Source: Micavibrio sp.
GTDB lineage: Bacteria; Pseudomonadota; Alphaproteobacteria; UBA9219
Assembly: GCA_020718105.1 (NCBI GenBank)
Contig: DYDA01000004.1
Coordinates: 6,124 to 70,123, forward strand
Reading direction: 5' to 3'
DNA length: 64,000 bases
Position numbers and translations under genes: made by a program. The notes under the pieces were generated by a model that saw only the letters and a program-made list of their open reading frames with translations, ran no database searches and had not been told where the DNA came from. Below, in pieces: positions 48,133 through 58,162 of the stretch. Each line of letters opens with the position of its first letter. The stretch's first letter is position 1.

Positions 48133-49356
48133 ATGAAAACGAAAGATTTTCAGGAAAAAGGCGCAGCGCTTTTCTTGACCAGCTTGCCGCTTGTCACGTT
48201 GGTTCTTTATGGTCTGATCACTACCGTGGGGCTTCTTTCCGGCGGCGCATGGGGCGGCATCGGGATCGGCGGCTCGTTGTTGCTGGTGCTTCTTTATGGC
48301 GTAGGGCACAAGCGTTTTCCCACGCCCGATAGGTTTGTTGCGCTCTTTGTTTTTTTTATGCTATCGGCGGCGCTTGTATCGTGTTTTCACTCTTTGGTGC
48401 CTCAGGCATCATGGCGGGAAACGCTGAAGTTGGCGACGATCCTTATCCCCTTGCTTGTTCTGTTTGCGCCGCCTTTGCAAGAAGCTTGTCTTTTGCCAGA
48501 GCGCTGGCTGTTTCTTTTGGCGCTGTTGCTGCTGCTGGGGTTAGGGACGCACAATGGATTGCTGTTCTATCTTATTCAAGAAGGGGGCGACGCGTCGGTT
48601 TATGTGACCAAGCTTAACCGAGGCCTTTCTTATGGGCTTTTGTTGCTATGGCCCCTTGTGGCGGCTTTGTGGGGCGCGCGGGATCCGCAAAAGAAGAAAG
48701 GGATTCTTTTGTGGGCGCTTTTTCTGTCCGTGGCCCTTGCTTTGGCGTTGACGCGCTCTCGCGCCTCGCAGGTGGGCGCGGTTCTGGCTGTGGGCACGTT
48801 CGTCGCAGCGTGGGCGTTGCCTAAAGTAACGATGGGGTTGTTGGGGCTGGTTGGTGTTGGCTCGCTCGCTTGGCCGATAGGGGCGCAGTATGCCTTTGCG
48901 CATTGGCAGGCCATGGTGCTGAAAATCCCAGCCTCATGGGGGCATCGCGTTGAAATATGGGATTATTTATCTTATCGAATCTTTGAAAAGCCTTTTTTCG
49001 GATGGGGCATCGGGCAAGCCGGACGGCTGGATTGGCGCATTCCTCATGAAAACCTATACGTTTATACAACACAACCTGCGGCGCATCCCCATAACGCGGT
49101 TATGCAGCTTTGGGTTGAGCTTGGCATAGGGGGGCTTGGACTTTATCTTTTCCTGTTTTTCTTGGCTCTTTATGGCGCTTCCCGCTTGCGGTTGCCCCTT
49201 CGCCCCTTTGCCTTGGCGGCGATGGCCTTTGCTTATGCTCTTTTGATGTCGGCTTATAACGTTTGGACGGATTCCTTGTGGGCGGCGATGGCTTTAACGG
49301 CATTTGCTTTTGTCGTCTTGCCTTTCGAAAAGAATGGGAAATTAAGGGATCATTAA
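48133..49356 (+). CDS. O-antigen ligase (Wzy_C)-like polytopic membrane protein
   Basis: 407 aa with ~10-12 TM helices. Has the periplasmic loop with conserved Arg/His pattern (ALTRSRASQVG...H) typical of WaaL/O-antigen-ligase-like proteins. Confidence 0.5.
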   Translation: MKTKDFQEKGAALFLTSLPLVTLVLYGLITTVGLLSGGAWGGIGIGGSLLLVLLYGVGHKRFPTPDRFVALFVFFMLSAALVSCFHSLVPQASWRETLKLATILIPLLVLFAPPLQEACLLPERWLFLLALLLLLGLGTHNGLLFYLIQEGGDASVYVTKLNRGLSYGLLLLWPLVAALWGARDPQKKKGILLWALFLSVALALALTRSRASQVGAVLAVGTFVAAWALPKVTMGLLGLVGVGSLAWPIGAQYAFAHWQAMVLKIPASWGHRVEIWDYLSYRIFEKPFFGWGIGQAGRLDWRIPHENLYVYTTQPAAHPHNAVMQLWVELGIGGLGLYLFLFFLALYGASRLRLPLRPFALAAMAFAYALLMSAYNVWTDSLWAAMALTAFAFVVLPFEKNGKLRDH

Positions 49357-49466
49357 GTCAAAAACGCGATGATAGAAGGAAGGAAACTGTAAAAATTTCT
49401 AGCCAAAGCCCTTAGGGGCGGCGTAGCTTCCTGTTGAAGCTTTTGGATTGAAGGTAGGATGGGTTC

Positions 49467-49946
49467 ATGTACCGTATTGTGACGCTGTTATGCTTGATGG
49501 TCATGGGATGTGGCGCGGCCTCTTTTGCTGCGGAGGAAGCCATGTCTTTGGCCCCTTTAAAAGAATGGGTTGGCGTTTTTTCTTTTGAGTCCAAGGACGG
49601 CAAAAGCTTTTGGACAGCCCCCCTTTTGCAAAAAGAAGCGCACAAGGCGCTGGATCAAGCACACTTTGATGGCCTGTTTAACGGCTATGCGAAACAAATC
49701 ACAACGCCCCTTGAGCAAAAGGGCGACATCCTTTTCGCCTTTGCCTGCAAAGAACATGCGTGCAGCAGCGATAATGCGCGCCTTTATATCAATCTTAAGA
49801 AAAACACGATTTCGGCCTGTTGGCATGGCGAAAAACTGCCCAGCGATTTATGGTTCTCTTTTGATAAGAAGCCAGAAGAGATTGGCAAAGACGGTTGCCT
49901 TAAAGCCAGCGATTTTGATCTTTACGGACTTTATGAGAAAGAATAG
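49467..49946 (+). CDS. small secreted protein / lipoprotein, hypothetical
   Basis: Signal peptide MYRIVTLLCLMVMGCGAASFAA with a possible lipobox VMGC. 159 aa. Confidence 0.35.
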   Translation: MYRIVTLLCLMVMGCGAASFAAEEAMSLAPLKEWVGVFSFESKDGKSFWTAPLLQKEAHKALDQAHFDGLFNGYAKQITTPLEQKGDILFAFACKEHACSSDNARLYINLKKNTISACWHGEKLPSDLWFSFDKKPEEIGKDGCLKASDFDLYGLYEKE

Positions 49947-49952
49947 CGGGCA

Positions 49953-51245
49953 ATGATAAAAGTCTCCTTTTATCACAGGATTTTTTCAGGCGCGGCGGCT
50001 CTTATGGTCGCGAGCGTCCTTGCCTTTGGCGCGATGCTTTTGGGACACATGACAACAGCTGAGGCTTATAATGACACGCAAAGCCGTTGGAGTGAGGTTA
50101 CTAAAAGCAAAAAAACAGTGGATCAAGCAGAAGATTTGATGGGAAAGAACGGCCTTATGGCGGCGATTGAAGCCAATGGCGGCGGCTATACGAATGAGTT
50201 AAAGGCCATGGCGATCCATGAGGCTGATGGGCGTTTGGGCGCCGTTAATGAAGGCTCTTTGGCTTATTGCGCTTTTCAGATTTATCACACCAATATCCCT
50301 GCGTTTGCATCGAGAAAGGGAATGTCGGAAAAGGCTTATATTCAAGCGCTTCTTACGGATCCTGCCACTTGCGCCGAAGCGGGTGGGTGGGTTTTGAGTG
50401 ATATGATTTCTAGGCATGGCTATGACAAAGGGATTTGTTATTATGGCGGGCAGATTACAGAGTATAAAGAAACCGGCAGCTGTTCGATGTTGCGTGAGAT
50501 AAAAATCATCATCGGCTTGATCGACGGCACGCTTAAGCAAGAAGTTGTGACGGATAAGGACTCGCCTGATTATGGCAATGTCATTATCAAGGATAACAGC
50601 GGCGAAATTGTGACAACGCTTAATTGCCAAGACCGTTCAAAGAAGCTGGCGCTTGCTTTGCGTAAGGCGAACGATGCGTATATGACGACGGCCTTCGAGG
50701 CGGGCGAGAGAGAGTCTGTCAGTCTTACCGAGCGCGATAGCGGACGCGCTGGCATAAAGTATGAGGGGGTTCCTGAGGATGATTGGCGTTATGAAAAGGG
50801 AACGCCGCTTAAAGAGGTGCGCGGTAAGATTGCTGATACATATTGTTTGAAGGTGTATTTTGATTATTTTAATTTTCTACGAGGGCTTATGTCAACGGGT
50901 CAACTGATTGAGGCCGCCATTATGGCCGTTGTTGAGCAAATTCTGGACTATGCTTGCGAATATGCGACCGAAGTGGCTACGCAGTTTATTGATAGCACGC
51001 TCAATAAGTTTTGTTTATCGATCCCCACCCTTCATGTTGGGTTGAACTTTTCCCACGGTAGCGCGACTTCTTGCAGCGGGTTTTCTTTGGCGGATGTTTT
51101 GGCGGTTGGGTATGGCCAGATTGATGCCGAAGATTTTGAAAATGGTGTTTCATGGCCGTCGGATGGTGGCATGCCTCCCGTCGCTGGAATGCCCACGGGG
51201 CGGCCTGATGTGCCCCACTTACTGTTGGATTTAAGACGTCAATGA
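49953..51245 (+). CDS. secreted Cys-rich protein, family A (paralog 1)
   Basis: Signal peptide. C-terminal region VRGKIADTYCLKVYFDYFNFLRGLMSTGQLIEAAIMAVVEQILDYACEYA is shared with the next gene. Confidence 0.45.
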   Translation: MIKVSFYHRIFSGAAALMVASVLAFGAMLLGHMTTAEAYNDTQSRWSEVTKSKKTVDQAEDLMGKNGLMAAIEANGGGYTNELKAMAIHEADGRLGAVNEGSLAYCAFQIYHTNIPAFASRKGMSEKAYIQALLTDPATCAEAGGWVLSDMISRHGYDKGICYYGGQITEYKETGSCSMLREIKIIIGLIDGTLKQEVVTDKDSPDYGNVIIKDNSGEIVTTLNCQDRSKKLALALRKANDAYMTTAFEAGERESVSLTERDSGRAGIKYEGVPEDDWRYEKGTPLKEVRGKIADTYCLKVYFDYFNFLRGLMSTGQLIEAAIMAVVEQILDYACEYATEVATQFIDSTLNKFCLSIPTLHVGLNFSHGSATSCSGFSLADVLAVGYGQIDAEDFENGVSWPSDGGMPPVAGMPTGRPDVPHLLLDLRRQ

Positions 51246-51270
51246 TGAAAACGAGAGAAAGAGGTGTCCT

Positions 51271-51948
51271 ATGACCCAGTCCTACATCAAACAAGCTTTG
51301 CTTCTGCCTTTTATGGCGTTTCTCTTTGTTCTGGCCAGCGCGGATCTTTCGCCGACAGCCGCACTGAATTTTGATGTGAGCGCGTGGGAGGCTAGAGAAA
51401 AGCTTTCTGATGACCTGCCCCCCTGTCCCGATGAACAGATGGCGGGACGGTTGACGCGAGCCAACAAGGCTCGTTTCGCGACAACGCAGTCGGCGATGCA
51501 GGATGTTTTTAAGGATTCGATTGAAAACGATAAAACAACGCCTAAAAAATATGTGCGCGGCAAGATTTTGGATACCTATTGCCTGAGCGTCTATCTGGAT
51601 TATTTTGGCGCTATTAGTGGCATGCTGTCTGGGTTTTCGGTGATAGAGGCGGCGGTTTCCGCGTTGATTGCGAATATTATTGAGGCAGCGGGGGAATATG
51701 CCTGTAATTATGTTCGAAATGCTGCCAATGAGTTTCTGAATTCTTTTTGTGTCCCGCTTCCGTACCTTAGCTTTTCGGCAAGCTTGCCTACGACGTCTTC
51801 TCATTCGACATGCACTGGGCTGTCCTTAGCCGATGCCATTAAGGTTGAGCCGAGCACGCCCTTGCAAACGACGTATCCCTTGAATGAAGTTTATCAATCA
51901 AGGCCTATGTCTCGTTGGTTGGGGACGGGCAGTACGGGACGCTTTTAA
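51271..51948 (+). CDS. secreted Cys-rich protein, family A (paralog 2, shorter)
   Basis: Signal peptide (MAFLFVLASA). Region VRGKILDTYCLSVYLDYFGAISGMLSGFSVIEAAVSALIANIIEAAGEYACNYV is paralogous to the 49953 gene. Confidence 0.45.
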   Translation: MTQSYIKQALLLPFMAFLFVLASADLSPTAALNFDVSAWEAREKLSDDLPPCPDEQMAGRLTRANKARFATTQSAMQDVFKDSIENDKTTPKKYVRGKILDTYCLSVYLDYFGAISGMLSGFSVIEAAVSALIANIIEAAGEYACNYVRNAANEFLNSFCVPLPYLSFSASLPTTSSHSTCTGLSLADAIKVEPSTPLQTTYPLNEVYQSRPMSRWLGTGSTGRF

Positions 51949-51965
51949 TCAGGGATGGTTTTGAT

Positions 51966-53537
51966 ATGAGCAAGCACAGAACATTGTGGGGCTTTATGAA
52001 GCGGTGGCTTCTGTGCTTGCTTGCCCTTTTTATGTTGGGGACGGCGGTGGCGCCCGCCCCTGTTCACGCGGGGACGTATGTTACTTTTGTGGTGGGTGTA
52101 AGTGAACTTATTACAACCGCGTGGTCTTATATCAAACTGGCGGCGGAATGGGCCAGCAACCTAACGGTTGTTAAAGATGTTATTACTGTGCTGTCGGCTA
52201 TGTACGACTTGTGGACTGAGCTTTTCAAAAATTCGCAGAAAAGGCTTGGGTACGATATTCGTGCCATTTTATATGGGGATATGGTCGCCGCTAAGGTTGA
52301 GGAAAAAATTGCGCAAGCACGCGTTGATGCAGGCGTCCTTAATGCGTTTAAAGGGGTGGCCGTTGGGCAGGCGATGAAAAACGCTGTGCCTAAACATGAA
52401 TATTTATGTAAAAAGATGTTGACTGGTGGAATGAGCGTTTCGACGCAGGATTTTGAAAAAGAGGTTTCGCGCATGGCGGCGGAAGCGATCAATGATCGCT
52501 ATCGTTGCCCTACCTGTGATGGCCGTGGGCCTGACTATATAGGCCTAGAATCAGCGCGGCGTTGTACGCAAGGCTATGGCAACACGCTGGTTGATGGCGC
52601 CAAAACAACCTGTGAAAAGACTTTGGATAATAACGCAAGCTTGGCGGATGCCGATATTTCGCCCATCGATGGCGGGCAGGTTTATGAAATGCCCGCGATG
52701 AGTAGACAGTATTATGACAGTGGTAGCGAGACGGAATGGTGGTGGTATATTTTTGATGATTCTTCTTCTTTTCTTGTTCCTAACCCCAGCACGGATCGAC
52801 AAAAGTTATGGGTGGCGGCATGGGATAATATCTTTTTGCTGGCAGGGCCGCGCCCAACGCCAAAGCACGGTGCAGGTATGAACACCCCCGTTGGCAAAGT
52901 GCAACGTGCCATGTTTAATCATTGTGCGGCCAGTCAAAACGCGCTTGTGAAACAGTGCACGGATTTATTGGCTTATTATACGCGCCCCAATTGCAATCAA
53001 ATAGAAACGTCGGAAACGTCTTGGCTTTGGATGAAAGAGCCGAACTTGTGCAAAGGGCAACAAGAAAAGTGTCTGGCGGCTAAGGATATGATTGATATTG
53101 CGCCATTTAGTGATTGTAAAGAAGGGCTCAGCCCGTATGAGGAGGATCAGATTGACCAACTCCTTTGCAAAAGCTCACAACATTACGTCGATATGGTTCA
53201 GGCGGGCGCGACTTATGAAAAGCTGGAGGAGTCCAGTGATTTATGTGAGTCGTCTTGGATAAAGTGGCGCGCTGCTGTTGATAAAAAACACGCCAACTGT
53301 ACGGCGGCCGTTAATGGCATGCAGTCCTTGGAATCCTGTTGGGCGGCTGTTGATTCAATCGGTGGCGGGCAAGCAGCTCTTAAAGAGGATGGTATGGGAT
53401 TGGTTTCTGATACCTCTCGTGCCCCTAAGGCGGCGCATAGAGAAAAGCTGCACAAAGCGAACTGGCAAAAACCGCGTGAGCAAAGAAAAGCGATTGAATC
53501 ACGGGAAGACGCTTTAAATTATGCGGTGGCTCCATGA
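51966..53537 (+). CDS. secreted Cys-rich protein, family B (paralog 1)
   Basis: Signal peptide MKRWLLCLLALFMLGTAVAPAPVHA. Conserved blocks PKHEYLCKK, DRYRCPTCDGRGPDY, LWVAAWDNIFLLAGPRPTP and NHCAASQNALVKQCTDLLAYYTRPNC. Confidence 0.5.
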   Translation: MSKHRTLWGFMKRWLLCLLALFMLGTAVAPAPVHAGTYVTFVVGVSELITTAWSYIKLAAEWASNLTVVKDVITVLSAMYDLWTELFKNSQKRLGYDIRAILYGDMVAAKVEEKIAQARVDAGVLNAFKGVAVGQAMKNAVPKHEYLCKKMLTGGMSVSTQDFEKEVSRMAAEAINDRYRCPTCDGRGPDYIGLESARRCTQGYGNTLVDGAKTTCEKTLDNNASLADADISPIDGGQVYEMPAMSRQYYDSGSETEWWWYIFDDSSSFLVPNPSTDRQKLWVAAWDNIFLLAGPRPTPKHGAGMNTPVGKVQRAMFNHCAASQNALVKQCTDLLAYYTRPNCNQIETSETSWLWMKEPNLCKGQQEKCLAAKDMIDIAPFSDCKEGLSPYEEDQIDQLLCKSSQHYVDMVQAGATYEKLEESSDLCESSWIKWRAAVDKKHANCTAAVNGMQSLESCWAAVDSIGGGQAALKEDGMGLVSDTSRAPKAAHREKLHKANWQKPREQRKAIESREDALNYAVAP

Positions 53538-54922
53538 AAAAGCTGCAAACCGTTTTTTTAGGGTTTCTTTTCATCTGGTTTCTTGCCGCATGGCCTTCCA
53601 ATGCGCAGGCCGAATGGATTAATCCTGATACGGGAACCACGGAGCTTCAGGGTTCCGCGCCTGAAGGAGAGTCGGCGGGGGAATTTGTAATAAACCCGCT
53701 AAAACTTATCATGAATTTAATTCAGGCGGCGATAGAGCGAGGAAAGGAGGCCTTGGAGATAAGCGGGCTGAAGGGAATCCTTGATGGCGTTGTGACCCTT
53801 TATAAGGGGTTCAACCAAAGGTTTATGGAAATGTACGAAGCTTTTACTGTCAATATGGCTAAAAAAAGCGCAGCGCAGCATCTTTATGCGGCGACGGAAA
53901 TAGAAATAACGCAGGCGGAAGTGGATGCGGCCACAAGCAATGTTTTTTGGAAGGAGGGGATGAATATGGTTCCCCAAGTCCTTTCGCCCAAGAATGAGTA
54001 TTTGTGTAAGAAAGTTTTAGCGCATCAAGCCACGACAACAACGCAGGCCTTTGAAAGAGAAGTGTCGCGTATGGCGGCTGAAGCGATCAGTGATCGCTAT
54101 CGTTGCCCGACTTGCGATGGCCGTGGCCCCGATTATGTCGGCAAGGAACAGGCGCGCCGTTGCAAGCAGGGCTATGGAAACGCCATTGATGGCGCATCGC
54201 TGGGATGCAAAGCCAGTACGGCCAGTGGAAAAAGTTTGGCGGATGCTGACATTGCGCCGATCGATGGTGGGCAGATGTATCAGATGCCTAAAATGGAAAC
54301 CAAAGCTTATGTTGATTCTGTTACGGGCGCGAGCATGACGGTCAGTGTTCCCGCGCCCATCAATGAACAACAGACATTATGGGTTGCGGCTTGGGATAAC
54401 ATCTTTCTTCTTGCGGGGCCGCGTCCGACGCCGTCCCATGGCAAGGGGATGAAAACCCCCGCAGGCAAAGTGCAACGCGCCATGTTTAATCACTGCGTCG
54501 CCAGTGAAAATGCGTTGATCAAACAATGCACGGACTTGTTGGCCTATTACACGCGCCCCAATTGCGCCGAGTCGGGCGATTTATGCGCAGCGCAGCAAAA
54601 GGAATGTTTGGCCGCCACGGGATTTGTTGATCTTGAGCCCTATCAAAACTGTGGGAAAAACGGAAATGTTTCTGACTGGCAGGGATTAAGCCCCTATGAA
54701 ACACAAAAGATCAATCAAGATTTATGTAAAAGCGAACAAAGCAGCAGCAATCTTCTGCATGGCGGGGCAAAATACAAGGATGTGCTTTTAGATACGGTGG
54801 CTCTTTGCGATTTATCGGATCAGGCGTTAAAAGAGTTTGTCGCGCGTAAGCATGAAAATTGTCGCTCAGCAACACAGGGATTGCAAACGCTTCGGTCCTG
54901 TTGGGGTGCTGTTGGGCAATGA
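53534..54922 (+). CDS. secreted Cys-rich protein, family B (paralog 2)
   Basis: ATGA overlap with paralog 1. Signal peptide. Same conserved blocks (PKNEYLCKK, DRYRCPTCDGRGPDY, LWVAAWDNIFLLAGPRPTP). About 17 Cys. Confidence 0.5.
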   Translation: MKKLQTVFLGFLFIWFLAAWPSNAQAEWINPDTGTTELQGSAPEGESAGEFVINPLKLIMNLIQAAIERGKEALEISGLKGILDGVVTLYKGFNQRFMEMYEAFTVNMAKKSAAQHLYAATEIEITQAEVDAATSNVFWKEGMNMVPQVLSPKNEYLCKKVLAHQATTTTQAFEREVSRMAAEAISDRYRCPTCDGRGPDYVGKEQARRCKQGYGNAIDGASLGCKASTASGKSLADADIAPIDGGQMYQMPKMETKAYVDSVTGASMTVSVPAPINEQQTLWVAAWDNIFLLAGPRPTPSHGKGMKTPAGKVQRAMFNHCVASENALIKQCTDLLAYYTRPNCAESGDLCAAQQKECLAATGFVDLEPYQNCGKNGNVSDWQGLSPYETQKINQDLCKSEQSSSNLLHGGAKYKDVLLDTVALCDLSDQALKEFVARKHENCRSATQGLQTLRSCWGAVGQ

Positions 54923-55005
54923 GTGCGGGGATAACACTGGTTGATGGGGGTGGCGACACAAAACGTCGTTCACCACAGAGCCCCTAAAAGGGCAGGAGGA
55001 ATAAA

Positions 55006-56559
55006 ATGATGCGGATCATTAAAAAAACAATGCTGGTGCTTTCTCTGGCCTTTTGTTTGTTAACGGGGGGAAGCCTTGTGGCCCCCGCACCTGTTTATGC
55101 TGGAAGTCCTGTTATTATTGATCCGGCCAATCTTATTGCGACCCTTGCCGAATGGGGTGCGCGCTTTGCCGCCATGGCCAAAAAGCTTGCCGTGATTGGA
55201 GAAATTATATCCGTCATTTCCAACATTTATGAATTGATCATTGAGGGCTTTGGAAAGATGATCAATTTGGTCGATGATGACGCTAAGCTTAATGTGTTGG
55301 GACAAGAAGGGCTTGCTCTAACCAAACAACAATTAGCACAGGTTTGGATCGATAATGATACGTTGAATGCTAAACTTGCGGCAGATATGAAGCTTGCGGC
55401 CGATCATGCTGCCCCTAAAAATGAGTATTTGTGTAAAGCGACCTTAGTTCATCAATTGGCGACGACGACAGAAGACTTTGAACGGGGCGGCTCACGGCTG
55501 GCGCTTAAGGCCATTGAAAGCATGGGGCGTGGCCCGCTTGATGACACCAGTGGCGTGCAATATGCCTTTGATGAAGAAAAATTGAGGTGTGCGGCAGGAT
55601 TCGGGAATGTTCTTGTGGATGGGTATGACGCTTCTTGTGGGGACAGCACAACGGTTGGGGAAGACGCCAAAAGAACCTTTATCGATGCTGATTTAACGCC
55701 GTTTTCGATGGATGGTGCGGTTCCCCTTGAGATGCCGCAGTTTACATCTAAGGTCGTGACGCTTCCTGATGGAAAGGAAGTAACCGTGAGCGTTCCTATC
55801 ATCTCGGCTGACAAACCAAATCAAAAAATGTGGCTTGCTGGGCTTTATCATTGTTTCCAACTGGCTGGGCCTCGCCCGACCCCCGCTTGGGGTGAGGATA
55901 AGATGACGCGTCCCACAGGCCTTGTTGAGCGGGCTCGCTTCGATCATGCCCTTGCCATGCAAAGCGCGATGGTCAAGCCCTGCACCGATTTGTTGGCTTA
56001 TTATACGCGGCCTAATGTGGACGATCCTTCGACGGCATCGCTTATTGGTGAACAACATAAACGCTGTGTTTCGGCAAAGGGTTATGTTCATGAAGATGAC
56101 CTTAAGGAAAAGTTTAGCGATTGCCTATCTCCCAACTTTCGAGGGTTAAGCCCTTATCAAGTGGATTTTTTAAGCCATTTGATGTGTAAAACCGAACAAC
56201 ATCATATCTCTTTGATTCAGGCGGGGGCAACGCAGCCTGAACTTATCAATGATACGATCAAATGTTCTGCGGCATGGAATACGTGGCAGGCCAAAGTGGC
56301 CGCCAAGCAAGGCGCTTTGGCTGATGTGGTGACGGGGATTCAGGGAACGAAAAACAATTGGATGGGCGTTGGCGGCACTATGGCGGGATTGACGCGGCAA
56401 GAGGACAGCGGTGCACATCGTGTTGTTAAAGCGATGAAGCCAAAGGTTCAGCCTATCGTGCCGCAAGAAATCAAAGCTGAGCGAGGTTTGCCTCTTCCTC
56501 AGGCAGGAATCCCTTTTGCGCCGGATGAGGTGGCGTGGCCCATGGCTGTGTCGCAATAA
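55006..56559 (+). CDS. secreted Cys-rich protein, family B (paralog 3, divergent)
   Basis: Signal peptide ending APAPVYAG. Blocks PKNEYLCKATL and MWLAGLYHCFQLAGPRPTP. The zinc-ribbon-like CPTCDG block is degenerate. Confidence 0.45.
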   Translation: MMRIIKKTMLVLSLAFCLLTGGSLVAPAPVYAGSPVIIDPANLIATLAEWGARFAAMAKKLAVIGEIISVISNIYELIIEGFGKMINLVDDDAKLNVLGQEGLALTKQQLAQVWIDNDTLNAKLAADMKLAADHAAPKNEYLCKATLVHQLATTTEDFERGGSRLALKAIESMGRGPLDDTSGVQYAFDEEKLRCAAGFGNVLVDGYDASCGDSTTVGEDAKRTFIDADLTPFSMDGAVPLEMPQFTSKVVTLPDGKEVTVSVPIISADKPNQKMWLAGLYHCFQLAGPRPTPAWGEDKMTRPTGLVERARFDHALAMQSAMVKPCTDLLAYYTRPNVDDPSTASLIGEQHKRCVSAKGYVHEDDLKEKFSDCLSPNFRGLSPYQVDFLSHLMCKTEQHHISLIQAGATQPELINDTIKCSAAWNTWQAKVAAKQGALADVVTGIQGTKNNWMGVGGTMAGLTRQEDSGAHRVVKAMKPKVQPIVPQEIKAERGLPLPQAGIPFAPDEVAWPMAVSQ

Positions 56560-56571
56560 AGGAAAACAGAA

Positions 56572-57990
56572 ATGCTTTTTTGGTGTAAAACAACGCCCTT
56601 GATGCAAGAGGGGGATAAGAAAGCAGGGGGGCTACGAAAAGGCTCTCTTCGTTTTCTCATCGTTTTGACAACGCTGCTTTTCGTTTTTGCCGCCGTGTGG
56701 AATCCACCTTGCGCTTATGCCGTTGATGACGGTGATACGACGAATAGTTCCATTGAAAACGCCATTACAAAATGGGGTGTTTTGCAAGAGATTGCTGCTT
56801 TTCTAGAGGAAAATGAAGCTTGGATATCTATGACAAACGGTCTTACGAACGTCATGAATCTTTTTAAAGATAAGATGCGGGCACTTCGCGCTGCGCGTGG
56901 GCAGGGTGTGATTAAACAATTAACGGCGCAAAGAGTTCAGGCGACGATGACAACGGAGGCATGGAATGCCGTTATTGACCAAAGCGCTAGCAATGCGGAT
57001 TTAGAACAAAAAATGAAGCATGCGGCCGAGCATGTTCTGCCTCCGGCTTCAGAACAATTCCTTTGCAATCTTATTCTGGCGCGGCAAGGCGTGCCCGTTA
57101 TGACCGAGTTTGCGCGCATTATCTCCAAGATGGTGGCCAAGGGCATTGATACCCGTTACCGCAGTAAGGGGAGCGATGGAAACGGTCCTCAATACGCCAT
57201 GGATGCGTGGCAGATTAAATGCGGCAAGTATGGCGAGGATAGGCCGAAAACAGGCAACGCTATTGATGGCGTCCCAGAAGAATGCCGTGCGGAAACAACC
57301 GCGCCCACGATAGGATATGCCGATGGCGATGTGAGTGTGGCCACGTTGAGCCGAGAAAAGGTTTATACTGTGCCGCCTGTTAAAGAAGAGGCAAAAGTGA
57401 TTAATGGAACGGTGGAAACGGTTGCAGACTTTGTTCTCGACAAAGAGAGTGGCTCTTATGAAGCGCATAGGCAGTGGCTTATGGCGCGGCAATACTGTTA
57501 TAATCTGGCGGGGCCACGGCTGACCCCTCCGCGTGACGAAGATTTGGACAGACCCGCTGGAAAGGCCAAGTTTGTTCAGTTTACAAGCTGTCTGTCCCGC
57601 CAAAGCGCCTTTGTAAAACTTTGTGCGGATCGTTTAGGCAAATTAACGCGCCCCGATTGCTCTAATGATGATTTTAAGGAGTTTTGTGACGCTTCTATTC
57701 AGGCGTGTGATGCGGCGCGTGAAGCCCAGATCGTTTTGCCTCCTGAATTTAACAACTGTAAGGATGGGCTAAGCCTTTATCAGGCGGAATATCTTTCAAG
57801 CGCTCTTTGTGGTTCAACGCGTCGCATTCAGGCGGATACCAATGGCGGGGTTCAAGATCACAAAAAAGTCAGCACGCTGCTTATGTGCCAAATCATGCGA
57901 GAATCGTTAGCAAAACAACAGCAGGAAGAAGACAGAACCTTTATAAAAGCTTTACAGGGCATGCAGAATATGAAGGGATGCTGGGAATAA
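56572..57990 (+). CDS. secreted Cys-rich protein, family B (paralog 4, most divergent)
   Basis: Signal peptide (LIVLTTLLFVFAAVWNPPCAYA). Blocks EQFLCNLILARQ, QWLMARQYCYNLAGPRLTP and FVKLCADRLGKLTRPDC. Confidence 0.4.
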   Translation: MLFWCKTTPLMQEGDKKAGGLRKGSLRFLIVLTTLLFVFAAVWNPPCAYAVDDGDTTNSSIENAITKWGVLQEIAAFLEENEAWISMTNGLTNVMNLFKDKMRALRAARGQGVIKQLTAQRVQATMTTEAWNAVIDQSASNADLEQKMKHAAEHVLPPASEQFLCNLILARQGVPVMTEFARIISKMVAKGIDTRYRSKGSDGNGPQYAMDAWQIKCGKYGEDRPKTGNAIDGVPEECRAETTAPTIGYADGDVSVATLSREKVYTVPPVKEEAKVINGTVETVADFVLDKESGSYEAHRQWLMARQYCYNLAGPRLTPPRDEDLDRPAGKAKFVQFTSCLSRQSAFVKLCADRLGKLTRPDCSNDDFKEFCDASIQACDAAREAQIVLPPEFNNCKDGLSLYQAEYLSSALCGSTRRIQADTNGGVQDHKKVSTLLMCQIMRESLAKQQQEEDRTFIKALQGMQNMKGCWE

Positions 57991-58162
57991 CGAGAAAAAA
58001 CAAGAAGAATCCGATCTTTTTTTAGGCACGCTTCGTTAACCAAATAAACGGTATAATGGCCGCCTTGAGTGAACGGGGGCTGTTCCGGTGCGCGGGATTC
58101 GTGTATAAAGCGGGGATGGCAACGCAGGCCTCAACATAAAAACATTTTCAAGTGGAAGAGTC

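Noticed and set aside
57049-57603. 184-aa minus-strand ORF inside family-B paralog 4
   Set aside because: Antisense to a CDS with a signal peptide and conserved family motifs. No RBS or motif support.
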